From NCBI RefSeq assembly GCF_006345805.1, contig NW_021833893.1, positions 248,001 to 312,000 on the forward strand: a DNA stretch of 64,000 bases, given 5' to 3'. This document shows, in pieces, positions 11,627-24,460 of this stretch. Position 1 is the first letter of the stretch. The number at the start of each line of letters is the position of its first letter. The position numbers and the translations under genes are program-made. The notes beneath the pieces were generated by a model, which was not told the DNA's origin, did not search any database, and saw nothing but the letters and a program-made list of their open reading frames with translations. This DNA is from Octopus sinensis (taxonomy: Eukaryota).

Positions 11627-12797
11627 CGTACCTACCTGTCTGTCTGTCTGTTTATGTATCTATCTATCTGACTGGCTGTCAGTCTGTCTAACTACACATT
11701 ATACGCAGAGTGGAATAGCCACAAAACTAAAAAGACCGCACTCTGAAAATATAAGAGAACTGAATATTGATTTATGAATCTTACCAATGCAGGTAAATTA
11801 TGTAACCAAACAATTTAAGTAGTAGACGTAGTTAAATATAGTAAAAGTGAGGAATGCTGGAGCACTTTGAGGTATATTATGTAGGGCTGTTTACCTTAGA
11901 ATGAAAGTTTCTTTTGATCGGGTACAAACACAGCTGTATTTCAGAGGAAGGAAAGTTAAATATGTCAGTTTTCACATGGTGTAAACATAGTGAAATATTT
12001 CAACTTCTAATTAAACTCATACTAGGAAGTGGGTTTAGTGGAGTTAAACTCTTATTTCAAATGTGTCTGGCAGTTGAAGCCATAATCCTGTTACATATGC
12101 ATACTATTTCCATGCATACATTCTCTGTTTTCTGAAAGCAAAACGATGGTCGAATACGAATAAACTATGACGAAATGTCGATATGTGGTGGTGGGGGAAA
12201 GCTAAACTCTGTTCTACATATCAATAGAATTATATACCATTCTCACAGTCTTGCCGTCTCCGCAATATATTCACTATTCTAACTAAGCATCTCATACAAC
12301 TTATTTATTCATTGCTTTCATATTGGAATTACTTCTGTTCGGTTCGTGAATCCATGGGGACGTTGCCTTTGAAATACATTGACATGGTGAAGGTTAATGC
12401 AAGCTGAATCTGCTACTAGGTTTCGATTCTGCCTTAACAACCTTAGATTATAAATAGATATTTAAAGAAGTTAACGCATACACAGACATAGAAAGAAATA
12501 GACAAAGATGGCAGCCTTGTCAGAGGACTATGTTTGACTAACTATATAAAGGGAGAGGAAATAGCGTGTCCCTTGATCACAAAATCACTTAAAATTGGGA
12601 AAAAAATTTTTAATGCAAAAGTAATCTTCGTTTTAAGTTTTCAAAGATCTACGTATATTCATAGAAAAAATTTCACCAGAATAACTCTATAGCTACACTG
12701 GGACAAAAGTTAGATAATTAAAAGACAAGACTATTCACAAGGGGTTACTTCACTTAATGATTGAATATGACTGACTTAATTTCTTATTCAATTTCAG

Positions 12798-13819
12798 ATA
12801 ATTCAATATATTTTAAAAGCCTGCGACCTGCGCACAAAGCAAAAGTTCTAGAGACGTTATCAGTCAACTTGCCTCTAAAAATAACAGCCGAACTTATTGA
12901 AGAAGAATGCTATTGGGAAAGGTGTTGCAGGAACCGTTGGGCACTCTGCAATGTCGCTGATTACGGCAACAATTGGAAGCGGATGTATTTTGAACGAAAC
13001 CTAGAGCATATCATTGAGTTCTTTGTACCTGACAAAACTGATATAAGAGAGTTAAATGAAACTTTGAAAGTCTCTTCAAATTTTATCAAACGCCTTGACA
13101 TTGGGCAATTGCTGCCACCTCTTACCCCAGATGAGAAATCCATGGATTTTTTAGAAGAGGGCTCTGATTCAACAAGCGAGAAAGAACGCGAGTGCGACCA
13201 TTTCAATATGTATCCAGTTTTGAAGGCACTGACCTCTCTAGAAGAACTACATCTGACTTACAGTGTCAGAGACTGTGGCATGAATTTTACTTGGTCTATG
13301 TTTCATTTCACTAAAAAAGATTGCCAAACGTTATCTGAAGCCATTCAGCATTGTAAAACACTGAGAGTTCTTCATCTTCATCGAAGCAAAATTGATGATG
13401 AAAAGACACGTATGCTGATGTATCATTTACTAGATCATCCGTCTATGGAAGAAATTGATTTGTCACACAACTATATTGGCGATCGTGGTGCCAAAGCAAT
13501 CGGCAAATTAATAACCAGCTGCGATAGGATTTTGAAACTTACATTATGTAATAATAGAATTGGGATTATTGGAGGACAAGCCCTAGCACACGCTTTAATT
13601 AAGACGCATAAACTAATGTTATTAAACTTAAGGTTAAACAGAATTGGTGACGAAGGAGGACATTGCATTTTCAAAGCTCTGACAAAAAATACATCTCTTC
13701 AAGAGCTGAATGTGGCGGCCAATAAGATGGGAGAGTCGACTGCAATAGCATTATCTCAAGTCCTTAGAACCAACATTAATTTGGTATCCATTGATATTTC
13801 TTGCAACGATCTCAAAGAG
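12798..13819 (+). CDS. TCTE1: TCTE1/DRC5 coding exon 2 (LRR region)
   Basis: Acceptor TTTCAG ending 12797 is phase-1 compatible (A|AT = Asn). Motifs YWERCCRNRW, WKRMYFERNLE, YSVRDCGMNFTW, LLDHPSMEEIDLSHNYIGDRGA, LNLRLNRIGDEGG. Donor GTAAGT at 13820, phase 0. Confidence 0.95.
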
Positions 13820-15769
13820 GTAAGTTTTTCATAGAAACAGGAAATAAAAATGGGTAAGGGAGAACAAGAGAAGAGAATATTAATTATATAGTAAAATGAA
13901 ACAGTGTTTTAGGTATAAGCTCCATTAAATCTCTTCTTTTCCCTCGTCTATTTCTACTTCCATTTTCTTTACTTTGCCAACGAAGGTATCGAACAACCAA
14001 TAAATTGCTAGTCGCTGACTCTTATTTTGGCAGTGATTCTGAGATGTGCCTTTGCCAAAATGCTTAATTATCAATTATTTATTTATTTATGCTCCTCGCT
14101 CCTTATGAAGCATCGACTCCGTACTTCTCCCAGGTCCTGCTGTAACTTTGCTTATCTCGAGGTAGGTGCAAACTCATGTTTATCTCATGTCTAGCATGGC
14201 AGGTTCTCCCAGGAGTATGTGCTCCGCTGGTATAGCTCTCAGGATTATATTGTTGAAATCATCATCAGCACTATTCGTAGGTTCATATTTCTTAGTTCAA
14301 TTCTACTCCAAGGAAAATACTTCAGAGTAGATTTATAGTCTGTTCTCTTAACGGTACAAAAGGCGGAGATAAACATTTGCTCTATAGGTTTGCTTATTGT
14401 ATATGGAGTGTAACTGAAGTATTATATAGTATAACGATTATTTCACAATATACTTTTTTGAGTTCGCAAACAGAGTGAAAATATTTTCGTCGAAGAATTG
14501 TATTATTTCTTCGCAGTAAACAAACTTATTTTGAAGTAAAAAGCATTCAATACGCCCAAAAGCAAATTCGGCGGCAGAAGGAAGTGCAAAAGTTTGTATC
14601 TTCTCAGTCGCACACAAATCCTTTCATCTGTCAGCATAAGATAACTCTCGCAACATCAGTTCTGTTAATCTCTTTTTAATACTGATTGTTTTGTGTCTTG
14701 TTCCCAGACAGTATTCCCTTTCTATTCTTAGCCTCTTAAAATTAAACAATAGATGTAATAAAATAATAAATCGTCAATATCTACTACTGATCTACAATAG
14801 AAGGAATATATGCTGAAGAAAACCATTAGATTCTAATGTATTGACTAATCTGTTACGTGTGTTGTGACTTAAGGTGCCAATGTTTTATTCAGAACATCGT
14901 TCTAGTAGACAGATCGATATGATGATAATTATAGTCATAGTAATGAAAGAATAAAAAATATGACTCTCGTACAACATTGGAGTAGTGGTCTGAAAGCTTA
15001 TTAACAATAGCAAAATAATGACGAAACGATGTACATTCAATATTGCTTGTGTAAAATTATCAATGACAATTCATAGTCTGATTTTTCCCAAGAGAAAGAA
15101 AAAAAAAACCACTATCTAAATCAGACTTTATGTTTATTGAAGTACGTGTGAGCTTTCTGTCCTCGTGAAACAGAATGTGAATCGAGCATATAAGAAAAAT
15201 AATTCAGCAAGTTGTCATTCAGAGGATTGGGTCTGTGCCATATAGGATCACTCCTTGTTCCAGGCAAATCAACTTTATACGTCGATGTAGACAAATTCAT
15301 TTGCTGCAATTGATTATCCTTAAATCATCTCCGATCGAATAAATTTATGATCAAAGGCGTTCTAGCAGTGAACATCGTGTCTATCAGATATAGCGTATCG
15401 AGAACTATATCGGGTAAAATGGCTGACAAAATGGAAAGCTACTTTTTATATAATGCATAAGTGTCTGTCCATTTATCAGCAGAATGCTATTAGGTGGAGA
15501 TTTAACTGCTATTTCTAACATTCTGAGTAACAACAAGAGGCTTGATAATAATGTTTATGAGAAGATAAAAAGGATTATCCTTCTCAAATTGCAAAGATCA
15601 CCTTTATTCCGCCATAACCGGATCGTAAATTTTATAAAATATTAGCATTGCATTTTTTGTTTTCACATCTTATATGCAAAAGAACCCATATATCTAGCAA
15701 CTTGTTGCTGTTTTGTAATCCCATAATATGATTCATATATGGTTTTGCAAGTTTTTATATTACTGTGTA

Positions 15770-15955
15770 GCCGAGCGAAATGCCTAGCGGTATTTCGTCC
15801 GTCTTTACATTCTGAGTTCCAATTCTATCGAGGTCGACTTTACCTTTCACCCTTTCGGAATCGATAAAATAAGTACCAGTTGAGTGCTGGCATCGATATC
15901 ATTGACTTAGCTCCTCCACTGAAATTGTTGGCCTCGTGCCAAAAATTTGAAACCA
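15770..15955 (+). mobile_element. tRNA-SINE family B
   Basis: CGAAATGCCTAGCGGTATTTCGTC...TTCTGAGTTC...GGTCGACTTT...ATAAGTACCAGT, as in the other family B copies. Confidence 0.8.
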
Positions 15956-16086
15956 ATATCACTGTGTAAATACTCCGAAAGGAAAATACAATAAAGAGTG
16001 ACTAGGCGAGTGTAAATGTAAGAAATAAAGAAGCCACTCTGAGCTTTCGAATGTAAAAGTTCATGCATTTATATATACAGTATATA

Positions 16087-17102
16087 CAGGGTGCGGTGAA
16101 TAAACTGTCGTCTAAATCAGTGCTACTCAAAGTGGTGGTTCATGGACCGGTGCCGGTTTGCGAGCAATCAGCTGCCGGTACGTAGCGAGTTTCTAGAAAA
16201 GAAAGAAACCTTATAAAATGCTTATGTAATATTGTATTATTTGTTTACAAAATAAGATTAAAAAATTGTCAACTTTTATTATATTCATTATATATATTGT
16301 TTCCGGTATAAATAAATATTACTAACAAATATTACCGGTCCCTGGCACATTGGAAAAAAGATAAAAAGAAAAAACTGCCGGTACGCCACATCAGATAGTT
16401 TGAGAAGCACTGGTCTAAATTACGCATAAATGAAAATAACATCTCATTTTAACAGATATATTTATCAAAATTACATAAAAATATCTTGAAATACTAAAGA
16501 GTAAATTTATCCAATAGAATCGCCTCCAGACGACTTCGGAATCCCCAGAAACTATTCTGGACGGTCTCCTTGTTTAAGTTGCTGAATGCTGTCATAATTC
16601 TTACCTTCAGTTCATCTTTGGTGTTACAAGGAGTTTTGTTGGTTCTCGTTCAACTGCGCCCCACACATAATAATCAAGGGGGTTGCAGTCTGAGGAGTTA
16701 CGTGGCCAGATGTTAGAGATGATGTGGTCGCAGAGATTGTCTGACAGCCATGACTGGGTTTTCCTGCTAGTGTGACATAGTGCAGAGTCCTGTTGCTAGA
16801 CGTAAGGTTTTTCAGCAGCCCCCCTCTTGACGCAGGGCAGCACCATCTCCTCCAGGCACTTGATATAGGCCTCTGTGTTGAGTATGAGGCCGTGTAGGAA
16901 GATGAATAAAGGCATAACGTCGCCAAGCACTACAGCATGTCGTTTCCAAATTTCTGGCAGAATGAATTGAGTAATGGCGCTGGTTTTCTCACAGACGGCG
17001 CCCAACTGACCCTACTATACTGTGTAGTCGACACAAATAAAACAAACAATGCGCATGCGTGAAATTAAAAATATAAAATACCGACAATTTACCTATCGCA
17101 CC

Positions 17103-17105
<3 letters not shown>
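16087..17105 (-). mobile_element. Deleted Tc1/mariner (maT/DD37D-like) element
   Basis: CAGGGTGCG... TIRs with TA at 16085-86 and 17106-07. Minus-strand remnants QQDSALCHT and WPRNSSDCNPLDYYVWGAVERE. Confidence 0.85.
16118..16412. mobile_element. hAT-type MITE (295 bp) nested in the maT element
   Basis: 14-bp TIR CAGTGCT(A/T)CTCAAA; exact 8-bp TSD GTCTAAAT at 16110-16117 and 16413-16420. Confidence 0.92.
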
Positions 17106-17133
<28 letters not shown>

Positions 17134-17646
17134 ATGTTCTTGGTGTGCGTGATGTATATAACTTCTACTTCCGTAATGTACACACACATGATGCAATGCG
17201 CACACACGCACTCTCTCTCTGTCTCTCTCATACAGATGCGAATACAAATAGACATTCAAACATGCAATCGCGCACAAGCACGCACTCACGCACATAGACA
17301 TAGATGTGTACACATATACGCACGCAAATGTGCTCATTCATGCGCATTCAAACACTCCTACACACTCATGCACACGTTCTCATGCAAAAACAAGCCCTCA
17401 CTCACAAGCTCTTACATGCACGCACGTATACGCACGCACATACACGCACGCACGCACACACACACATACACACACACATGCACACACACACACACACACA
17501 CACACGCTCGCACTCACTCACACACATACACGTGCGCGCTTAGTTTCATTCTGGAATCGAAACGTTTTTCGGTCATGTTGCTAAAGGTTTTTGACGCTCC
17601 TCTCTACTTCAAAGGATTTGTGTTTAGGTTTGAACTTCTCGTACGC

Positions 17647-17679
<33 letters not shown>

Positions 17680-17867
17680 GTATGTGTTGCGAGTGTTGTG
17701 TGTATGCATAGACATTACTATGCATGCAAGTCGACAAATTGTCACATTTTTATATATGTATACAATAACAGAGGAATTTATATGTATGTACACAGATGCA
17801 TATATTTAAATATCCAAACTTCAAAATACAATCACCATGTTTCATGATTTTCTCGCTTCCGTTTCAG

Positions 17868-18035
17868 GATGGTGGCAAACTGATCAGAGAAAGTCTTGAG
17901 GTAAACACAACAGTCAGGCACTTGGATCTTAGACTAACAAACTGTGGTCAAGAAGCGGAATTTCGGATCAATCAAATTTTGGATCACAACCAGGAAGCGA
18001 ATCGAGAAAGATTATTAGAAGAAATGCGCCATTAA
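17868..18035 (+). CDS. TCTE1: TCTE1/DRC5 final coding exon
   Basis: Acceptor TTTCAG ending 17867, then DGGKLIRESLEVNTTVRHLDLRLTNCGQEAEFRINQIL...TAA. Spliced CDS 307+1022+168=1497 nt, 498 aa. Confidence 0.92.
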   Translation, partial: DGGKLIRESLEVNTTVRHLDLRLTNCGQEAEFRINQILDHNQEANRERLLEEMRH

Positions 18036-19715
18036 ATCCGACACTTCTATTGGGTTTCTTTTATATTTAATGAAAGCTCTCAGTTATTTTCTTTTTATTC
18101 ACTGTTATTTAATCCTGCATCTTTTGCTTTGTCGAGCAACGTCGGCGAACTGAATTAACGACTCATTTTCTCTTGGAAATTATGATTCATTCATATCTTC
18201 ATGTTGCTTTGCATTTATTCCGAGGGAAAGGCATGCATATTACAAATGTCACTACTCATATTAAAAAGTAAAGCAAATTCTTCAAACCGTCCTGAGATAA
18301 ATGAATATTTTCTGCTTTTGTCAATGTGAAAATGACACGTTGTTACTGAGATGCCTTTCCCAAGAGAAATATTAACTTAGGTGAATGAAGTAAAATACAA
18401 AATATTTCAGCTGGTGGTAGAAAATTTCCCAAAGTAAACTAGCGGAGTACTTATTAACACGGTTAGCACTCGCTGGACGCTGAATAATATTTGGTTCTTT
18501 TGTGACTCAGTACACAGAAAAGCCCGGTATTTTAAGGAAAGGAAAATCAGAGTGTTTTCATGTCTTTCGTAAGTGTAGGTGAAATAGTTGCAAACTGCAC
18601 TTTGTTTTTGTTTATCGTATCGCGAATCTATAGCTAAAAACTCTTGTCAGTTGATTGTAATAGTTTTTATGTTGCGGAATCCATAATTTTTGAAGCATTG
18701 GAACAACTGAATCACAGAAATTAATGTAACACTCTATATGCTTTGAGTTCAAACCAGGCTGATGCCGACTATAGGCTTTATCTAACGATAGAATACGTAT
18801 AACTCAGGTAGTGTGTTCGGTTAAGTCATTTATATAATTTTTTTTACCAAAATCATCAGGGCAATCTATAAATTTAATTAAAATTGAGAGTTTATCACAT
18901 TATTTCTGATTTATACTTTACAGTTTCTGTAAGTTTCAAGCTTTCAGGTGAGATGAGTTCTTGACAGTGTCAATAAATTCCGTAGTTCGTCTGTGGTAAA
19001 GAGTACCAATATGCTTTAGAATCGGTATCTAACATATTGTATCAGTGAGCTTTACTATCGGTAAGTATCTGATAATACCTGTAAGTTTAATACTTTACAA
19101 TACTGGTCGGGGAACGTTACAATGTCAGTAAAACCTCATGTTCTGCCAGTAGTTTATAAAAGGTGAGTGAGTAGGTAGCAGTGTCAGATTTAGGTTTAGT
19201 CAGTACTGTTAGTAATTTTAAAGTTAGGTGTGTACTTTAAAACGTCAGCAAGTTTCATAATAAATGAAGAATATACCTTAGCGTTGGCAAGATTCAGTTC
19301 TCGACAGCATCATAGAGTGTCAATCTGTTTAATTTTCCGGCTGTATGGCTCATATTCCCTCAATATTTTAGATTGCCACCTCGTGAAAATGGTTACTTAA
19401 CATATTTCAAAGTCTGTACCTTTCGTATTCCGTCAGTAGTTAACAGTATTTTGTTTGTGCTCAACAATTTTGAGTGTCAGTAAGTTTCAGGTTCGTCAGA
19501 ATCTTACATTTCTTTCTTTCACGTAGACATGGGTCACAACCCTACTAACTTCTAATTAATTGCGTAGTAATTTCTTAGCAAATTATATTGTAACTTGTGA
19601 AGTTCATTTCTGTCTCGTTATTGTACAGATCTCAACTACATATGAATTAACAAAGCATTTCTTACTCTCAAGTTTGTCTTTTCTTTCTTTCTTTCTTTCT
19701 CCATATATATATAAG

Positions 19716-19870
<155 letters not shown>

Positions 19871-21829
19871 ATATATATATACATACATACATACATACAT
19901 ACACACATACATACATACATACCTCCATGTACATAGTCTTGTATGTTTATGTACACACACACACACACGACTGTGCATGCAAGTGTGTGAGGGTAGATGT
20001 TGGGTGCGTTTGAAAAATCACGTCAACAACATCCTAAACTCTATTGAAATGAAAACAAAACTAAAATCAATCAATAAAGAAAGCTAAGCAAGAAAACCGA
20101 TATAAAGCAAAAGAAATGTTGGAGGAAAGCGTGACTTAATGTTTCTGAAAAAGAAAATGTATGAATAAATGAAAGAATATGTTTATAAAAAATGTAAACT
20201 ATTAAATAATCGTGACTTTGTTGACATTATAATGATACTAACTTTGAATTTATAAAAGGTGGGACGAAGAAAAATTTGAAGGGAAGAAAATAAATGAATT
20301 TACCACTCCCTTGATTCCAAAAACGTTGGTAAAAATCACTTGATTCTATTAGTAAGTGTGAGGCGTCATGTATACTGCATTTGCTAATTAACCTGGTGAT
20401 TATTTGTTAGCTGACGCAATGGCTGGATGAACTGGGTTTCAGAATTCATGTGTTCGTATTTTGTGACCGGCGTCATCCACAAAATTTAAAAAATTGCTCG
20501 TACCTCATACCTAGTACTGTACTCTTACTATATTGCAGATTGTTTTAACGCGTTGTCGATATTTAACTGGTTTCAGTTAAACATTTAAAAGTGGTGTATC
20601 TCATCTCTGTAGATGGTAATAAGAGTTTATGGGGGAGAGAAAAGAGTATAGACTGGCGGTGCATTGTTAGGCGGCAGTAACCCACCCCGGCCGGAGGCCT
20701 AGACCAATCGTTTGCAACAGAGCGATTAGTTTAGAAGTGCCAATGCGCTCCGTTAGCTTTTAAAATTCAGTCATTTTCTTTTAGCTATCCAAGAGCTCCT
20801 CCTTAACTGTCACACAAGGCTTTCTTGTGACGATATATATAAAAGTGTGTAGAAGACCCCACTTCGATTAGGTTTATTGCATGTAGGTAGCAATGAAGGC
20901 ATTTTCAGGCAGATAAAAATAGCACCTTACTGAGCCACGAATTTCTTGAAATAATATCTTTAAATACACTCGATACTCAACGACCCGGTTCACCTATTTG
21001 TAAATATGTGTCATGCATAGATATAGCTCATCAATGTAACTAGCAGCAACGAAATTTGCTCCGTTAGCTATTAGTATTCAGTTTTTTCTTTTAATTTCTC
21101 CCTGTGATAGATTGATGTACCTATTCCAAATCTTATTCAGCTGAAGCTGGGATTTCACTCCACCGCTGCTCTAAGCTATCCATTTCCACAATATTTTTCC
21201 AGGTAACTAGTAAATAACTTCTGATTTTTGAAACAAAAATACTTCTTCTTTTAGATTTTGTTGCCAATGACAAAGCAGCACGTAGGATTGTATCTCGACT
21301 GCAATTGGCACGAAGAGTCAGTTTTTGTCGCCGTTTGACCCCTAGTTAACTCTAATAGAACAGAAAAGACCCTGCAACCTTGATCATCTCATCTTTTCGT
21401 ATATCTATAACTAAATTGCTTAATATGTTCTTCCTGATAATAGGATGCGATTTGAAGGAACTTGGCTGCGATTAATTGATTTGTTAGAGACTCTCTCATT
21501 GACTCTATCAGTAGTCAGTTATTGATCATTGTGGTCAGTTACTGATCCTTAGTGAAGACTAATATTAGAATTATTGCCAACATGGCTTTAGCACTACTAG
21601 GTTCCTTTACAGGCAGATGGCTATTCTGTTTGTGCTTTGATTTTTTAAAAATATGTAGTAATCCCTCACCCTATTGCTGGTCACCTATCGGGACAACTTC
21701 CATTGTCCTCCTCAGAAATTTTACCCAAGATTAACTTTTAGTTTATATGTATTGGGTTGGGGGATAATCCATGAGCGTTGTTTTCAAATTTATAAAAAAA
21801 AAACACACAACAAATTAATTAATCCCCGT

Positions 21830-22200
21830 TGTTGTTTACGATTTCCTATGATCGTTCAATAAGTTTTTCGATGCCTCGGTCTTGACTCAAAAAATTCAAT
21901 CTCCCGGTTTTGACCCAAAGAATTCGTCCACGTCAGTATTGAACGATAGACCGCGCAAAGCGTTCGAAAGCGGTCCAAAGAGATGAATACCTGACGGCGC
22001 CAAGTCTGGAGAATTTGGAGGATGAGGCAGCTCTTCCCATTCAAGTTCTTGAATCGTGGCTTTGGTTCATATTAGTGATGTGATGACGGGCGTTGTTGTA
22101 TTGCAGAAGAACGCCATTTCGCCTATTCGGTCTTTTTTGCTGAATTGAGTCGGTGCAGTTGTTGAACACAGAGCTCTGCAATGAGCGTTTGGTTGCTCTC
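21830..22200 (-). mobile_element. Mariner transposase C-terminal remnant
   Basis: Minus strand gives QELEWEELPHPPNSPDLAPSGIHLFGPLSNALRG. Confidence 0.8.
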
Positions 22201-22685
22201 AAGCAGTTCGTAATGGATTATGCCTTCTCAGTTTCACCATACACACAACATGGTCTTTCTTCCAATAAATCGACAGACAGACACATACACAGACGTTCGT
22301 TTTATTATATAGATATATACAAGTATAATATGTATGTATGTGTGTGTATACATATTCATTTCCACAGTAGCTCCCACTCCAAACCAAACAGAATTGTCCA
22401 AACGCAACTTTCTATCAACCCACACCGTATAAACATACTTTACCCCAGTTCTCTACTTGTCCACTTTTTATGCATCTACTTCTCAGACCTTCATGCCCCA
22501 AGCCTAATTTTACATAGCTTCACCTACTCCAGAAAACAACTTCCGAAAGACTGTTTAAAGCTAAAAGTGATCTAAGGGTAGTATAGTTCTACGATGGCTT
22601 GCAAGTCAAAACTTCGAAGTTACAGTTACCATTCTCGTAAGAGTTTAATAAATTTGTACTCTACTAAACTATTGAGTATTGTTTT

Positions 22686-22927
22686 TATATATATCTATTT
22701 CTTTACTGCCCACAAGGGGCTAAACACAGAGGAGACAAACAAGGACAGACAAACGGATTAAGTCGATTACATCAACCCCAGTGCGTAACTGGTACTTAAT
22801 TTATCGACCCCGAAAGGATGAAAGGCAAAGTCGACCTTGGCGGAATTTGAACTCTGAACGTAACGGCAGACGAAATACGGCTACGCATTTCGCCCGGGGT
22901 GCTAACGCTTCCGCCAGCTCGCCGCCT
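22686..22927 (-). mobile_element. tRNA-SINE family B, near full length
   Basis: Reverse complement begins GGCGGCGAGCTGGCGGAAGCGTTAGCACCCCGGGCGAAATGC and has the family B body. Confidence 0.85.
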
Positions 22928-23229
22928 ATGTTTTTATATATATCGTAACACAAACACACATACATATGTATGTGAGGACAGGACAGAACTTCTCTGACCA
23001 GTTTTTTTATCAAGAACTATAAGACAGACCTTTTTTGGTAATCCTTCAACTGGGCTCCTATCTTTCGCAGAAAGACATCTTTAACTTTTACAGAAATAGA
23101 TATTATTTTAGCAGCGAGGAACACGATTGGTACCATTCGATGAAAATGAGTAGACTAGAAAACCTAGACGTTCGACATAAATGCGTACTCATTTGACTCA
23201 GTTCAGGCAACTGATTTAGTCCGATTAGT

Positions 23230-23700
23230 TATCTTATATAAATTACATAGAAATATTCCAAACATTAATGATAATCAATATCGTGATGATTCTTTCTTCA
23301 ATGCCATTAATTATTCTATATTCCAATTAGAAAGACTTAGGAAATTACAACATAATTTTTAGAAATATAATTTATCCATTATGATTGAGAAAGGCATTAA
23401 GATTGTAAGTTTTCTAAATCTTAATTTAAATTCTGATCTTTATTATCCATATCATAAATCCAGTAAAGCACTTCTCTATATACACGAAATTATAAATCCA
23501 ATACTCCTAGATCCATTATGGTAGTTTATTATGAAATATTTCAGTTAGAATGTCCAGGCTTTCAGCTACAGCATACTATAGTGGTGTTTTAACGATATGA
23601 TTAAAACTTATATGCTTATAAATAATCCTCCGTGACAATTAGTTATTCTGAAAAATCTGCCCGTTAAAGAGAGCAGGATAAAGGAAAATAATAAAGATCC
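23230..23700 (+). mobile_element. Decayed Penelope-like RT fragment
   Basis: QYRDD (LYRDD-like) and IVSFLNLNLNSDLYYPYHK (FLDVxLDL...YxPYxK-like). Confidence 0.55.
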
Positions 23701-23719
23701 TTCCAAAGTCATATAGATT

Positions 23720-23937
23720 TATTGGGTCGATTTCCCGGTTTCCATGGTTCATATATTCTCCCTGGACAGGAGGCTGGTCCGTCGCAGGATTACTCATTTT
23801 GCCAGTTGAGTAGACTGGAGCAACGCGAAATGAAGTGTTTTACTTAAGAGCACAACGCGCCGCCCGGTCCAGGAATCGAAACTACAATCTTACGACAATG
23901 AGTCCAACACCCTAACCACACAGCCACGCGCCTCCAC
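23720..23937 (-). mobile_element. tRNA-SINE (another family)
   Basis: Reverse complement: GGAGGCGCGTGGCTGTGTGGTTAGGGTGTTGGAC...GTTTCGATTCCTGG (A and B boxes), then CCTGCGACGGACCAGCCTCCTGTCCAGGG. Confidence 0.75.
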
Positions 23938-24063
23938 AAAGAGAGAGTAAGCTTAAGAGAAAATGTAATGTAGACTAATACACGCATACAAACACAGACA
24001 CATACCTGTATACATGAATACATACGCATATATATAGGCCCACACCCCAACACATGTACCTTT

Positions 24064-24096
<33 letters not shown>

Positions 24097-24339
24097 TGAG
24101 CATTTTTGTTATGTTTTTCTTGTTCACTCCATATTCATTCCCAGTATCGAATCTCTGATGTTGTTGGCATGTTATATATTGATATCGTTTTTTGCTTAAA
24201 TTTCTGTAAAATATTTTTGTTTTCACTTTAATTTCTCTTTTTTCTTGGAAGATCCATTCCCATTTTTCGTACCGTTGTATGCTGCAAGTTATAATAATAA
24301 TAATTATTATTATCATTATCATTATCGATTCCAAATTTC

Positions 24340-24460
24340 ACCGGGATCGACTTTGCCTTTCATCTTTTCGGGCTGGATAAAATAAGTAAATGGAGTTCTG
24401 AAGTTGATGTAATCGACTATCTCCCGCCCCCCAATTCCAGGCCCTGTGCCTATAGCAGAA
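24340..24460 (-). mobile_element. tRNA-SINE family B fragment
   Basis: Contains GATCGACTTTGCCTTTCATC and ATAAAATAAGTA; arrangement looks rearranged, so the strand is uncertain. Confidence 0.45.

Noticed and set aside
12761-12797. ORF-track start MNMTDLISYSIS and tail VSFS (13820-13834) as part of TCTE1
   Set aside because: Intronic: the acceptor at 12797 and donor at 13820 give a phase-consistent splice with the other exons.
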